DNA of 64,000 nt from a virus: positions 1 through 64,000 of the IMG/VR virus record IMGVR_UViG_3300044633_000631, one strand, 5' to 3'. The position numbers and the translations under genes are program-made. The stretch's first letter is position 1; the number at the start of each line of letters is the position of its first letter. Shown here one piece after another: positions 9,001-16,059 of the stretch. Below the pieces are notes generated by a model, which saw only the letters and a program-made list of their open reading frames with translations, did not search any database and was not told the DNA's origin.

Positions 9001-11605
9001 CAAATTGTTTCAAACCACCGTCAGTATTATTTTTAAGACTTCTAACTGTACTGATTATTGAATCAATGGTATCTGTCCACCATGAATTACCGATAACAGC
9101 ATCATATATTTTAAAGAATACTTCTATTACATTTTCACCAAATTTAGAAATAGCGCCAAAGGCCTTTTCTAATTTATTGGTTTGATTCTCAATACCGTCA
9201 AATAATTTATTTATACTCTTAGCTAAATCTTTTGCGCTGAAGCTTATATTAGTTGAACTCTCAAGATCTTTTAGTTTACCACGAATTCCTTTGATAAAGT
9301 TTCCAAAAAGTTTTTCAATGAATCTAAGACCTTGAAGAAGTCTATTGTAAACGCCAGCTGTGTCAAAAGCTTCATTAATAGAGCTTAAAGTACTTTTAAT
9401 TGTAACAAATGCTTGGTATAGAGTCTTAGCTAATACTTTTAGGATTGTACCAGTGCCTTGCAAACTCTTAAATACTTTACCAATATTCTTAGCAAAAGTG
9501 TCACTCTCAAATTTAATTACTAATTCATTTTGTAAAGATCTAAAGTAACTCTTAATTCCAGCTAAAGCTTTATTGGTGTCTTGTGTTACACCGCTAAACA
9601 TTTTTGCAAACTTAGTTGTTACACCAAATTTATTAAATGCTTTTTGAATCTTATCAAATACTATAATTGATTTGTTATAAAATTCGTCTAATTGTATAAC
9701 AACAATATTAAATACTTTTCTAAAAGATAACGAAGGGCCTTTCATTTGGAATAGAGAAGCAAAACTATCTCTTAAACGCCCAGTAATAGTTTGTGAACGA
9801 TTTGTAATGTAATCTAAGAAAGACCAGTCAGTCAATTCTTTTGTTTTATCAGAAAGATAGTTAAAGCCTTCTGATAATTTAGAAGCAATAAAATAGAATA
9901 TATCATTTAATATTTTAGCAACTTTTCTATTATCAGAGGATCTGGCAATAAAACTGCTAAACAAATCGCTTACTACAAGGCCTTTTGCAATTCTAGAAAA
10001 CATACTAGAAAGCGCATCAAAAAGATACACTCCCATTCTACCAATAACACGAGGAATTTCTGCACGAAAGTCAAGAATATCTGACATATATGTTTTTAAG
10101 AGATATCCTGTTTTCTTTGCAATTAAAACTTCCCCAAGCATTTGAGGTAACATTGCAAATACAGATTTTAAATTCTCTTTAAGTACTCTACCGCTTGAAA
10201 GCATTCTAGAGCCTAATACACTCAGTTGTGATTTATACACAAGGAAGGTATTTTTAAATGCTGTAATAATCATAGGAGAGTCATCTACAGACCAAATACC
10301 CTTACCTACACCTCTTTTACCAAGTGTACGTAATACAGCACCATATGCTTCATATGAGCGTACTGCAGTTTTAATATATGCATCAAAGATATATTTGGCT
10401 TCGCCAATCTCTTTCTTAACAAAAGTTGAAATGCCTAATGCGCCAAGTAATAATTTAACTTTTAAGACAATTTTCTCAAAACCAAAAATGATTGGTTCTG
10501 CAAAATCTTTCATTCTCTCTTTTATGTTAGTTATTACTCTACCAAAATTGACACCCATTTCAAAAGCATTTTTAGAAACTTCACTTAATGCATGAATAGC
10601 ATCTGAAAGAAATTCCCCAAAGAAGTCTGATAATCCTAACCCTTTTTCAAATTCAGATGCAATAGACTTAATCATTTCGCCTAATTTACTAACACCCTGC
10701 GCCATTGTAGGTTTCATTACAGCAAATTCTTTATTAATTTGCTTAGCTTGATCTAACAAGGCTTTCATTACAACTGCTGTTGTTACTTGTCCTGTGGAGG
10801 CTAATTCTCTTAGTTTACCTAAACTCACATCTAAATTATCAGCGATAGCCTTAGCAATACGAGGAGTTTGTTCCATCACTGAATTTAACTCTTCACCGCG
10901 TAATGCACCAGCAGATAATCCTTGGTTTAATTGGAATAGTGCAGCATTAGCACTATCAGTAGATGCACCAGACACTGCTACAGCTTTCTGAATAGTTTCA
11001 GTAACACCTAGTAAAGTCTCCATAGAGACTCTAGTGTCTTTCATTGCTCTGCCAAAGCCTGTAAATACAGTAGTTGTCGATGCGTATAGCGTTCTTGTAC
11101 GCAATGCTACATCATTAAGGCTAAGCATCGTTGCTGCAAGTTGTTCAGAACGTCCTACAACATTAGCAATTTGGTTTTCTAAATCTTGAAAATCAGAAGA
11201 CACTTTAGTGAGTCCTGCAAAGGCTCCGCCAAACGCAACTGCACCAAATGCAGCTTTTAAATTACCAGCAAGACCTACTGCGAGATCATTAATACTTCTT
11301 AATGAATCACCAGTTTTATCTAAAGATTTGTTTACTTTTAAATCACTTGATTTATTTAAAAATGAACCAGTAAATGTTTTATCTGTCTTAGTTAACGTAT
11401 CTTTAAAATTACTAGATTCTTTATTTAATTTACTAATACTTTCTGTAGGCTTTTTACCAATTTCTTTTGATAAAGAACCTTCAGTTAGCGCTTTTTCTAT
11501 ATTATTTGTGTTCTGAGATATCTTGGCCAGAGATCTTGCTAAAGCATCAATACTACCCTGTGCCTTGTCAACTTTAGCCTCGATATCAATTACGATACCT
11601 GTCAT
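1..11605 (-). CDS. Giant tape measure protein (partial, >3,860 aa, no stop in window) with N-terminal tape-measure domain and internal lytic transglycosylase domain
   Basis: ATG at 11605 with a GGAG RBS, reading MTGIVIDIEAKVDKAQ. Tape-measure signature ALFQLNQGLSAGALRGEELNSVMEQTPRIA near 10850-10950. SLT motifs near 2150-2470 and the repeats at 11-303 are in the same frame. GGPIVGPGTGTSDSIMAKLSNGEFVIN near 930-1015. The ORF track lists no terminated ORF from this start, consistent with no stop codon. Follows the tail chaperone genes. Confidence 0.9.
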   Translation of the reverse strand, partial: MTGIVIDIEAKVDKAQGSIDALARSLAKISQNTNNIEKALTEGSLSKEIGKKPTESISKLNKESSNFKDTLTKTDKTFTGSFLNKSSDLKVNKSLDKTGDSLRSINDLAVGLAGNLKAAFGAVAFGGAFAGLTKVSSDFQDLENQIANVVGRSEQLAATMLSLNDVALRTRTLYASTTTVFTGFGRAMKDTRVSMETLLGVTETIQKAVAVSGASTDSANAALFQLNQGLSAGALRGEELNSVMEQTPRIAKAIADNLDVSLGKLRELASTGQVTTAVVMKALLDQAKQINKEFAVMKPTMAQGVSKLGEMIKSIASEFEKGLGLSDFFGEFLSDAIHALSEVSKNAFEMGVNFGRVITNIKERMKDFAEPIIFGFEKIVLKVKLLLGALGISTFVKKEIGEAKYIFDAYIKTAVRSYEAYGAVLRTLGKRGVGKGIWSVDDSPMIITAFKNTFLVYKSQLSVLGSRMLSSGRVLKENLKSVFAMLPQMLGEVLIAKKTGYLLKTYMSDILDFRAEIPRVIGRMGVYLFDALSSMFSRIAKGLVVSDLFSSFIARSSDNRKVAKILNDIFYFIASKLSEGFNYLSDKTKELTDWSFLDYITNRSQTITGRLRDSFASLFQMKGPSLSFRKVFNIVVIQLDEFYNKSIIVFDKIQKAFNKFGVTTKFAKMFSGVTQDTNKALAGIKSYFRSLQNELVIKFESDTFAKNIGKVFKSLQGTGTILKVLAKTLYQAFVTIKSTLSSINEAFDTAGVYNRLLQGLRFIEKLFGNFIKGIRGKLKDLESSTNISFSAKDLAKSINKLFDGIENQTNKLEKAFGAISKFGENVIEVFFKIYDAVIGNSWWTDTIDSIISTVRSLKNNTDGGLKQFAGNTIRVFQAIYEVVISIFKRISTVDISSNLQKMLEAVKTISPMAANVLSSIGDGVVSSFRKIRSIVADTLRSDFVISISTGNFRKSIEIAKDFAKNLFDGLPEELKHSLTAFANVFGLAFVSLLLPENRITSMLGGLFLRAAIAAGLAFANVFADVRFGVSFSVEAGKVAGKVAGTVLLGILADLPAIISNLLGFIGGAVEGFLKSIPIVGTVASMVYGILDLFQFSTAGGLIGALLFGGPALKMLSTLGIFEKQISRIFKVTGSIGSFFGGTMANTAVAGHNMTRLMTNPAHVGMGPPLPPGVGYQSRPQTAMSRASSSFFSSGNVVSSSAMVALVADQLGMFDQVFYDSPLGHAYMQGGLIALALMGPSGIDAIRSKIIYPVMRELSMLFPEGTIRGNLVRMFGMLGSMVRDPSILANLFAGMRERFASAFTGTGTGTFFSRLLFGPTGIPATSLGAFYNSIESAYNYATTRFAAVSPLLASAFGHPIVKWIMLAVAALGALTFSNMSSADTMTPSLNGETFYRGIQEAPQGPPTDLINKPRAETVKPYHRIPVPSFREMTGRGTGHTVLQKIADEVGYGYDRLSLSITNGLKNLIQNISDILPTSLKGMWDSLTPSQVAIGGIALLAGALTALYKPLINLQLALSPITLFRAALAALGNQLLAFQGIAATSGLKSVGLNMKSYTGLYVSALWDTMRQASPILDKLASKIGGSSIVKNLGANISKYSSELKQGMSDRTMAEAVAADLRNRKRTYKEERTSRFDRFRSAFEPNPSKGPETKGQTAVRGFARFLQESSAPITSGAGTVLQQGFQKFPNLTKVFDTVKEKGEILARTSPDKFVPRLKLYTAELYAMARATAILRETMGGKFVSLWLAEVAGAMGGLTGLTNRITLMTKALALMVNTLKFISTWRAAIVSVGAAVLFRIPFLESTDEFKKAGERGRKAFMGSFELGGSHVDVAATLFGGLIPAIAAGVVGVQRSRFNAAKELANNVLDTKISQGLTPANVDRSLYTSNAAIKKQLLQKDLEAQYAGMTPADRRKDFNRMGSYGGLPMNQASYMQYYMANPNRALLGAKGALTKGIAGAGATATTLVAAGAAGAYVGNKIGGETGAGIGAGLAMMFSSMVIPKITSFFITIAKFIPRLFLGFNIFALTGGILAMYLMGSNGTLMGALDDIYEKVKKILGIHSAAKDKKTGLLKSEADTATQYGISLKYDARLIDESNIEDPQIFERYTKAQETFKSSMEALKNAEDKGGSGDKSALQKDAEKAAEVLNKKAAEAMRASRFNMQKTVDLFKNFTVERSTRLDEVFGGADSLSLPTRKGSKASGTISAREMTMSTAYLTPEQDAVKARIFELKAMADEAVKLGELPGLDENFKMSLAVASNDVYKYTTKINEDLSSMSMQNLLGSPDLKVDISYFEKSVDALGKFVSRAKEIAKALADEQIYTNLVSSLVGNLKDANVSITANDILPESENNAAISRLQQLGLEAKRLKDHLDHTFSTKDRNATLSTLRAVEREAKLAQEMAADTATIGPVALAKNIEKLGIRGVEALRFVNEKATLDIKQATYGQMMTTSPERISRALVGNDLRTNVQRGVQSPPRDLNIKEVNAPEQVPFKSVNPAFIKTPSIYDIPALNMLGAPNKFSLLPKATTRDLSSFLPPALKEPLIIPIDDKVTAESLNRFALKVVAARANIEATLTKPEDKPNPFLKDTAEWIKVERENATAADNYNKRLEERKYDLENIDLWMVQLAADTKRFQDTDPFAKALQGLKDIETSGINYQQVFKDFGRADADKAATNIARLKNAIQDLRDGKYKIAGGDPQGLINNYEDELARAEAAIAHREIQFPEFGLDAPRKFRAVSVDLLKEIDSVDKQIFNLNSDIKLAGNDTGKIKTLSIELAKAEKRREEIKAGFADLTSKTSTVNEVFGSNMSTALMAGLPSKLWAQLSGTATQYKTALEEAMKESDMTSSTEALATSFENLKSHTSFLGFFVDMKTRLKETITDGFTSSFEKIKSGLPDLNINASQYAALPTTQKVELKNRADTIYFAEALQKMDSMSGEMYNFATDKLKGGMPIKDILSGMESRFGKEFANLNIAGKLTPPQSFSEMLLTAGADIKSGASEFRGAVTDLIAGKPATGGTAESPQTAIPQSELAPMPKASSMAVPEGFSAKELNNSTYDAIFKEAATKYNVDWIALKALGIVESRLKKDAVSDKGAIGVMQLVPRWHKLNDYTDARENIFAGAKYYKSGLKRNNEDLAMTAGGYNVGFGNSYNNTETQNQISRFRDVYGYLKGAPVADTSAPVTKVDGTLNTVALKANTVKDEMASAFQLWIETYKIAANNQETLNTANADLVKAGGALGRETQKTLITEAGFTEDAFLGMNTELKNYALTVAGKINQLKADIDAAIKAGKPTEQFLQDRLNASAGVEGTNKGLAANTMPTTLKEMDAFRKASTGNITAFLREYSGLSAENIDLMTEEDKVKTGILVHQQADLEYQMAVDAKAGKSTVDTAGKILSLGDDIKDMGDKSEVAAASIRAARDAGKAFSSTLTTGFTDAFKGLLRGEKDSGQNAFQTFASKLKQNLIDSTINSFSTGVTNSLGFGKGGAVENMASGLGEGIFKMFDKGINSIPGVTTASAATSNFSKSVGSFFKNDVGNFFGFAEGGPIVGPGTGTSDSIMAKLSNGEFVINAKSTAKYGNLINAINNDKLPKFALGGMVNKIANAETRSPLFSNIPVLEKPTQTNVTIDTEILDTSAFKLNKSATDLSDSAAKGSSLWDKLATISGSGGGSSPLSGLTDSFTKSFNGIFDGWDAKAGGIKGTLTGWGDSITGIFDGWDAKAGGIKGTLTKFVTSIGTDIGGIFEGWEPSAGGIKGTLASAWETVSSKISSIFTIDNLIGVAKIPLTPFIWAYDKIKETDFSSMKDSFSINNLISIAKLPLTPFIWAYDKIKETDFSSMKDSFSINNLISIAKLPLTPFIWAYDKIKETDFSSMKDSFNID
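11..303 (-). repeat. 105-bp (35-aa) tandem repeat inside the tape measure gene, about 2.8 copies
   Basis: Units start at 11, 116 and 221 (aaagctatccttcatactac...). They encode FSINNLISIAKLPLTPFIWAYDKIKETDFSSMKDS. Confidence 0.95.
376..585 (-). repeat. Three spaced copies of a GIF(D/E)GW(DAK/EPS)AGGIKGT peptide repeat in the tape measure gene
   Basis: Near-identical segments at about 378-421, 466-509 and 541-584. Confidence 0.8.
2150..2470 (-). other. Lytic transglycosylase (SLT) domain within the tape measure protein
   Basis: YDAIFKEAATKYNVDWIALKALGIVES...GAIGVMQLVP...ENIFAGAKYY...AGGYNVG, matching the ES, GxMQ and YNxG motifs. Confidence 0.9.
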
Positions 11606-11618
11606 TTGTTTTCTCCAT

Positions 11619-11665
11619 AAAAAACCCCTCCACTAATACCATAAAGGTAATAATAAAGGGGTGTT
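11619..11665 (-). terminator. Terminator-like hairpin just upstream of the tape measure gene
   Basis: CCCCT...AGGGG arms with an inner ACC/GGT stem, followed by T6 on the minus strand. Same design as 42761-42794. Confidence 0.55.
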
Positions 11666-11666
11666 A

Positions 11667-11960
11667 TTAATTAGGTGTTACGATAACACCATTCGCGTTA
11701 ACGTTTCCATTAGCTAACAAAGTTCTCTCAATAAAATGAGAAGGTGCTTGTTTACTTGAGCCAGCATTCAACTCCTCTATATATTCAACTTCATTAACTA
11801 TTTTTCCATCTTGAAGTTTCCAACCATCACGTGCTCTTCCCGTGTCTACTGGAGTTGCTTCTTTTAACGCTTCTATTAATTTTAAAGATTCACGCTCTAA
11901 GATAGTTTTAGATCTTTTTGCTAGTTCGGCTCTAAAATCAAGATTTATTTTTACAGTCAT
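11667..11960 (-). CDS. HK97 gp10-like tail/neck protein
   Basis: TPVDTGRARDGW...NEVEYIEELNAGSSKQAP motif; tail-module position. Confidence 0.8.
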   Translation of the reverse strand: MTVKINLDFRAELAKRSKTILERESLKLIEALKEATPVDTGRARDGWKLQDGKIVNEVEYIEELNAGSSKQAPSHFIERTLLANGNVNANGVIVTPN

Positions 11961-12300
11961 AATTTAAGAGTCTCCCCACCAACTGCTCCAGCTATTTTCT
12001 GGAAGAATCCAGAACGTTTAAAGTTACTAGGGCTGAGTGCATTATCTTGTCTATCTTCTGATTTACTATTATAAATTGCATCCAATGAAGAAAACAAATT
12101 CCAAGGCTTCTCTTTAACGCCCTGTGCTTGTATTAATTTAGCCGCTCTATCATCTGCCCTCCATTCATATGGCCTACGCTCAAAGTAGTTAAGCCACCCT
12201 AAGAATTCATCATAAGGCATTTCATCTACCATTTTATACACAGGCATCTTTAAATGAAAAGCTATTTCATAGATAGGTAAATCATTATCACTTAGTTTTA
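11957..12300 (-). CDS. Tail assembly chaperone, frameshift extension (gpT-like part of gpGT)
   Basis: The frame is open from the slippery site at 12301-12307 (VKLSDNDLPIYEIAFHLKMPVYKMVDEMPYDEFLGW) to the stop at 11957. Confidence 0.8.
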
Positions 12301-12615
12301 CTTTCCCGCGTCAGAGCCTTGACCTAGGCCTGAATACTTCATAATTTCATTAGATAATTTAGACAATTCATCCATCGGGAAATTATCGAATTCTGAATCA
12401 TCAAGGTCCGAACCGCCTTCAACAGCAGAACGAATAACAGTCTTTAAGAGTTCTAAACCAGCTGAATCATCTTTTTCGATATTAGCAGCTTTAGACTGAA
12501 TTTCTAGCACTTCTGCAACAGTAAGCTTAGAAATCTTAACATCACTGTTTAAGAATTTAACTGTTTTGGTCATACGTTGGCCAACTAAGTTTTTGATACC
12601 TTTTGCTTCTGACAT
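12298..12615 (-). CDS. Tail assembly chaperone (gpG-like)
   Basis: Probable start MSEAKGIK at 12615. Ends GCG GGA AAG TAA. Lies between the major tail and tape measure genes. Confidence 0.8.
   Translation of the reverse strand: MSEAKGIKNLVGQRMTKTVKFLNSDVKISKLTVAEVLEIQSKAANIEKDDSAGLELLKTVIRSAVEGGSDLDDSEFDNFPMDELSKLSNEIMKYSGLGQGSDAGK
12301..12307 (-). promoter_or_regulatory. -1 programmed ribosomal frameshift site GGGAAAG
   Basis: Identical to the lambda G/GT slippery heptamer and directly before the stop codon. The -1 frame joins the 11957-12247 ORF. Confidence 0.9.
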
Positions 12616-12616
12616 A

Positions 12617-12832
12617 TTACTTACCTTGATTAATTTTGCGTTCATCTAGTTGTGCTCGCATTTGATGTAAAATTGAAAGTGCTTCGAAAGCTTCAGTCTT
12701 CTTGTCTGGAGATAACGAAGCATCTTTTGTTCTTTCGAATGTTTTATTAATACTAATATCGATGCTTTTGAGCATATGTTTGACAGTGATGCCAATAACA
12801 TACTCCAAGCTGAATGGTTTATCCTGAGCCAT
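12617..12832 (-). CDS. Hypothetical protein (tail module)
   Basis: Probable start MAQDKPFS with an AGGA RBS; 71 aa. Confidence 0.65.
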   Translation of the reverse strand: MAQDKPFSLEYVIGITVKHMLKSIDISINKTFERTKDASLSPDKKTEAFEALSILHQMRAQLDERKINQGK

Positions 12833-12855
12833 TTTTATTCCTAATGTTATATAAA

Positions 12856-12879
12856 GCAAGGGAGCGCTAACTCCCTTGC
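12856..12879 (-). terminator. Hairpin terminator after the major tail gene
   Basis: GCAAGGGAG-6 nt-CTCCCTTGC, a 9-bp perfect stem followed by TTTAT on the minus strand. Confidence 0.75.
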
Positions 12880-12893
12880 ATAATTAATATCGC

Positions 12894-13529
12894 TTACGCG
12901 GCAGCGCCTACAGTGTATGCACCGCGAATATCAGATTGTACTGTGATTGTCAATTTAGCAGACAATGCATCAGTCAAACTTGGAGTTACTTCTAACGCTT
13001 CAAATTTACCTAAGAAGTAGTAAGAAGAGTTACCTACTGAACCAATAGAGTTGTCATCACCGGTAGCGTTAGCAACTGATAAGTAACCTTCTGGTTCTAA
13101 TGCTAATAAAGAGAATCTGAATAGATAAATATTACCATCATTAATATATATTTTTGATTTAGCAAAGGTACCAGCAGTAGCGCCTTCAATAGATAAAAAT
13201 GAATCAGCCCATAAGCCTGGAACATAGTTCAAGGTGATTTCCATTGTAGGAGAGTCTGCTTGACCTTGAATTTGTTTAGAAGTTTTAGCACCATATTCAG
13301 GTACTTTAACGACGTTAGCTGGTGTACCAATAGCTGGAAATTCTTTGATGTGCGTAATGCGAATAAATTGACCTGCAGCAGGTGTACCAACATCAGTAGG
13401 TCCGGCTTCTGTGGCAAAATGTGTAACTGGGCCATCAACAATAGCTGTAAGGTTTGCGGTAGTTTTTGCCATAGAACTCACAGACAAATCTGTGAACATT
13501 GCAGCGCCAATAGAAGAAATGTGTGCCAT
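12894..13529 (-). CDS. Major tail (tube) protein
   Basis: IKEFPAIGTPANVVKVPEYG...QIQGQADSPTMEITLNY tail-tube pattern; followed by a terminator and the chaperone genes. Confidence 0.8.
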   Translation of the reverse strand: MAHISSIGAAMFTDLSVSSMAKTTANLTAIVDGPVTHFATEAGPTDVGTPAAGQFIRITHIKEFPAIGTPANVVKVPEYGAKTSKQIQGQADSPTMEITLNYVPGLWADSFLSIEGATAGTFAKSKIYINDGNIYLFRFSLLALEPEGYLSVANATGDDNSIGSVGNSSYYFLGKFEALEVTPSLTDALSAKLTITVQSDIRGAYTVGAAA

Positions 13530-13547
13530 TTTTTAATTCCTTTAAAT

Positions 13548-13958
13548 TTAAGTAGAACTTCCGAAGAAGTTGAAAGTAATTGTGTAGGTACTTTTGTGAA
13601 TAACTGGTAAAGCTTTATCAGGGCCTACATGCGTAAGACTGCTTATACCAAATTGTGTAACGCCAGAACCTGTAGTCTTAGATTTGTTTACTAAGTATTT
13701 ATCTAAGACATCTGCTATTACCATAGCACGTCTTGTGCCAGAGCCTGCAGCTATAAAAATATCAATTATGAGAATGCCTGCTAATGAGTATCTATTTATA
13801 GGTTTTCCACTAGGTATCACTGATACACGAATAAATTCATCATTAGTAGTATTCATAACTACAAAATTTGTCGGGAATGTTTTTATATTTTCAGCTTTCC
13901 ATCCATTAGACGAAAATACTGAGTAAACGTCTTTTTCTAATAATTCATATTTGCCCAT
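13548..13958 (-). CDS. Putative tail terminator/completion protein
   Basis: Size and position before the major tail gene; GILIIDIF..AGSG pattern. Confidence 0.6.
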   Translation of the reverse strand: MGKYELLEKDVYSVFSSNGWKAENIKTFPTNFVVMNTTNDEFIRVSVIPSGKPINRYSLAGILIIDIFIAAGSGTRRAMVIADVLDKYLVNKSKTTGSGVTQFGISSLTHVGPDKALPVIHKSTYTITFNFFGSST

Positions 13959-13960
13959 AA

Positions 13961-14305
13961 TTATACCTCATGATAAAGTTCAACAACTGAAATATGATTG
14001 TTTGAAGTAATCACATTACCAAGATGCCATTTATCACTACCTATATACACATGGTCTGTCATCGAAAACGGCCCAACTTCTTTTGTTTTAAACATAATAG
14101 TCATCGTTTTCGCTTCTGTAGTTTTAGACGTTTTTGTAATAATTATTTTTGTCGTTATTGAAGGTATAGTCGTATCATTAACTTCACCAGTGCTAAAGTC
14201 AAATTCAGAATTAACTGTTTTTGTAAACACTGCTTCAATAGCCAAGTCCTTAGCTGCATTAAATGCTTTATTTAGCTGGACACCAATTAATGAATTATAA
14301 GCCAT
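13961..14305 (-). CDS. Putative head closure/head-tail joining protein
   Basis: 114 aa, beta-rich, FDFSTG motif, neck-gene position. Confidence 0.55.
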   Translation of the reverse strand: MAYNSLIGVQLNKAFNAAKDLAIEAVFTKTVNSEFDFSTGEVNDTTIPSITTKIIITKTSKTTEAKTMTIMFKTKEVGPFSMTDHVYIGSDKWHLGNVITSNNHISVVELYHEV

Positions 14306-14787
14306 TAATTAGCCCTCCACCATGTTCTCTTACCACTATTCCGGAGTAATGGTTTGATGAGTGTCTTTGCAACCATGGGGATTTTATCCGCAGGTCTAAT
14401 CACACTAAGTTTAATGCCACTAAGTTCTAAATCTTTAATTAAGCCTGTATTGTCTAAGAGTCCGTCATTATTTAATAAATGATAAGCTAACTCATAAGTA
14501 GCTTTAATGACTCTTTGATCAACAACAGTAGAAACTAAAGAAACAAGTATACCAAGCTTAGGATCAAAATATTCACCATCTTTACGGGGATGAGCAAGTG
14601 ACTGAGCTGAATCTGTAGCTACTCCGATCCAATCCAATTCATCCAACATAAAAGTAGCAGTGCATAGGGCTTGTTCTTTCTGAAGAGCAGGAGCATCAGT
14701 CCATGCCGCTACATCTAGTCTGTTCTCAAAATAAGTACTGGCCTCAGTTACGGTAGCATTTGAATTAACACCTTTAACTAGTGCCAT
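14305..14787 (-). CDS. Head-tail adaptor (family often annotated DnaT-like)
   Basis: NSNATVTEASTYF...KEQALCTAT...QSLAHPR...VIKATYELA; directly after the capsid gene. Confidence 0.7.
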   Translation of the reverse strand: MALVKGVNSNATVTEASTYFENRLDVAAWTDAPALQKEQALCTATFMLDELDWIGVATDSAQSLAHPRKDGEYFDPKLGILVSLVSTVVDQRVIKATYELAYHLLNNDGLLDNTGLIKDLELSGIKLSVIRPADKIPMVAKTLIKPLLRNSGKRTWWRAN

Positions 14788-14797
14788 AACCTACTCC

Positions 14798-16039
14798 TTA
14801 AGAATGGAATACAGGTAAGATACCTAATGATAATGCAGAAGCTGTTTTACGTGTCCATGTACCACGTGCGTTAGCAATAGTACCAGTTGCAGTCAATGCT
14901 TTAGAAGTACCGCTTTCAACAACACCCATGTAATTTGCATCAGATGGGAATTCAGTTTTAGCACCATTCCAATCGTAACCAGCAGGAGATAATACATAAC
15001 CCCAACGATTCCAAATAGAAGTTGTACCACCACCTTTGTATTTGTTAGCGTCACGGTAAACTTCAACTGAATCAGGAACCGTCAACTGTTCCATTGCAAT
15101 CGCACCTGGCAATACAATGAATGAAGTTTTCTTATTAGCAGCAAAAGTAGTTGCAGCACCAACGCCAGCACCAGTACGTAACATTGTTAATTCAGCAGCA
15201 GAAAGCGACTGAGCAGCACGTGTAGTGATTAGACGGAATTTACCATTGAAGATTGTGTTAAAGTTAATGTTACCATCAACAATAGTTGTTTCATCGACAA
15301 AGTTAGCTGAACGAAATGAAGCCATAGTTTCAGGAGATACAATTAAGTACGCCCATTCTGGTTCATAATCTTTAAATGCCATACCAAATGCATTTAAGAA
15401 ACCTTCAGCACGTGAAGCACCTTGATATGCATAGTTAGTAACCGCACCAGGAGCCACACCATTAGCAGTAACGATTTTCTCAGAACCAAGATCTACGTAG
15501 AAACCATATTTCTTATCTGTAGGATCGTTAGAGAATGTTTGACCGCCAAGACCGGTTGAACCTGAACCTGTAGCAGCACCGTTTAATGCTTCAGCTACAG
15601 CAACACCTTTCAATACAGAAAGAATAGCATTGTGTTCGTCTTGAGCGCGGGTTTCACCGAAGTCACGACCAATTTTAGCTAAGCCGTCTTGTTGTGTAAC
15701 AATTTGTTGCATGTTAACTTTTTCGGCACCGTGTGTACGCACAGTTTTAATATATGTGCTGTAGTCAGTGTCGTAATTGGTTTTGACGCCGTCTGCAGAT
15801 TCAGTTAATGACGCAACGTTAATAGTTGGGTTTAACGGTTTCATCCAACGCATTTGACCAATAAAGGTTTCTGTGCTAGTATCAATTTGTGGATTAGAAG
15901 AAGTAATACCTGTGCCAGATAATTTTCTTGCATTGGTATAAGCTTCATCGCTGTAAGCACCAATTGCTTCTTGTAATACATAGTTATTTGTTAAGCCAGC
16001 CTGCATACCTGTAGGCAAGGTACTTGTTGTAACGCCCAT
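14798..16039 (-). CDS. Major capsid protein
   Basis: 413 aa following the scaffold gene. Codon usage typical of highly expressed genes, a strong RBS, and coat-like VEVYRD...GGGTTSIWNRWGY near the C-terminus. Confidence 0.8.
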   Translation of the reverse strand: MGVTTSTLPTGMQAGLTNNYVLQEAIGAYSDEAYTNARKLSGTGITSSNPQIDTSTETFIGQMRWMKPLNPTINVASLTESADGVKTNYDTDYSTYIKTVRTHGAEKVNMQQIVTQQDGLAKIGRDFGETRAQDEHNAILSVLKGVAVAEALNGAATGSGSTGLGGQTFSNDPTDKKYGFYVDLGSEKIVTANGVAPGAVTNYAYQGASRAEGFLNAFGMAFKDYEPEWAYLIVSPETMASFRSANFVDETTIVDGNINFNTIFNGKFRLITTRAAQSLSAAELTMLRTGAGVGAATTFAANKKTSFIVLPGAIAMEQLTVPDSVEVYRDANKYKGGGTTSIWNRWGYVLSPAGYDWNGAKTEFPSDANYMGVVESGTSKALTATGTIANARGTWTRKTASALSLGILPVFHS

Positions 16040-16059
16040 TTTAATTTTCCTTAAAGTAT

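Noticed and set aside
45-11516. Many plus-strand ORFs of 60-243 aa in the ORF track
   Set aside because: They are antisense shadows of the tape measure gene, with no recognisable motifs. The same applies to plus-strand ORFs elsewhere in the window.
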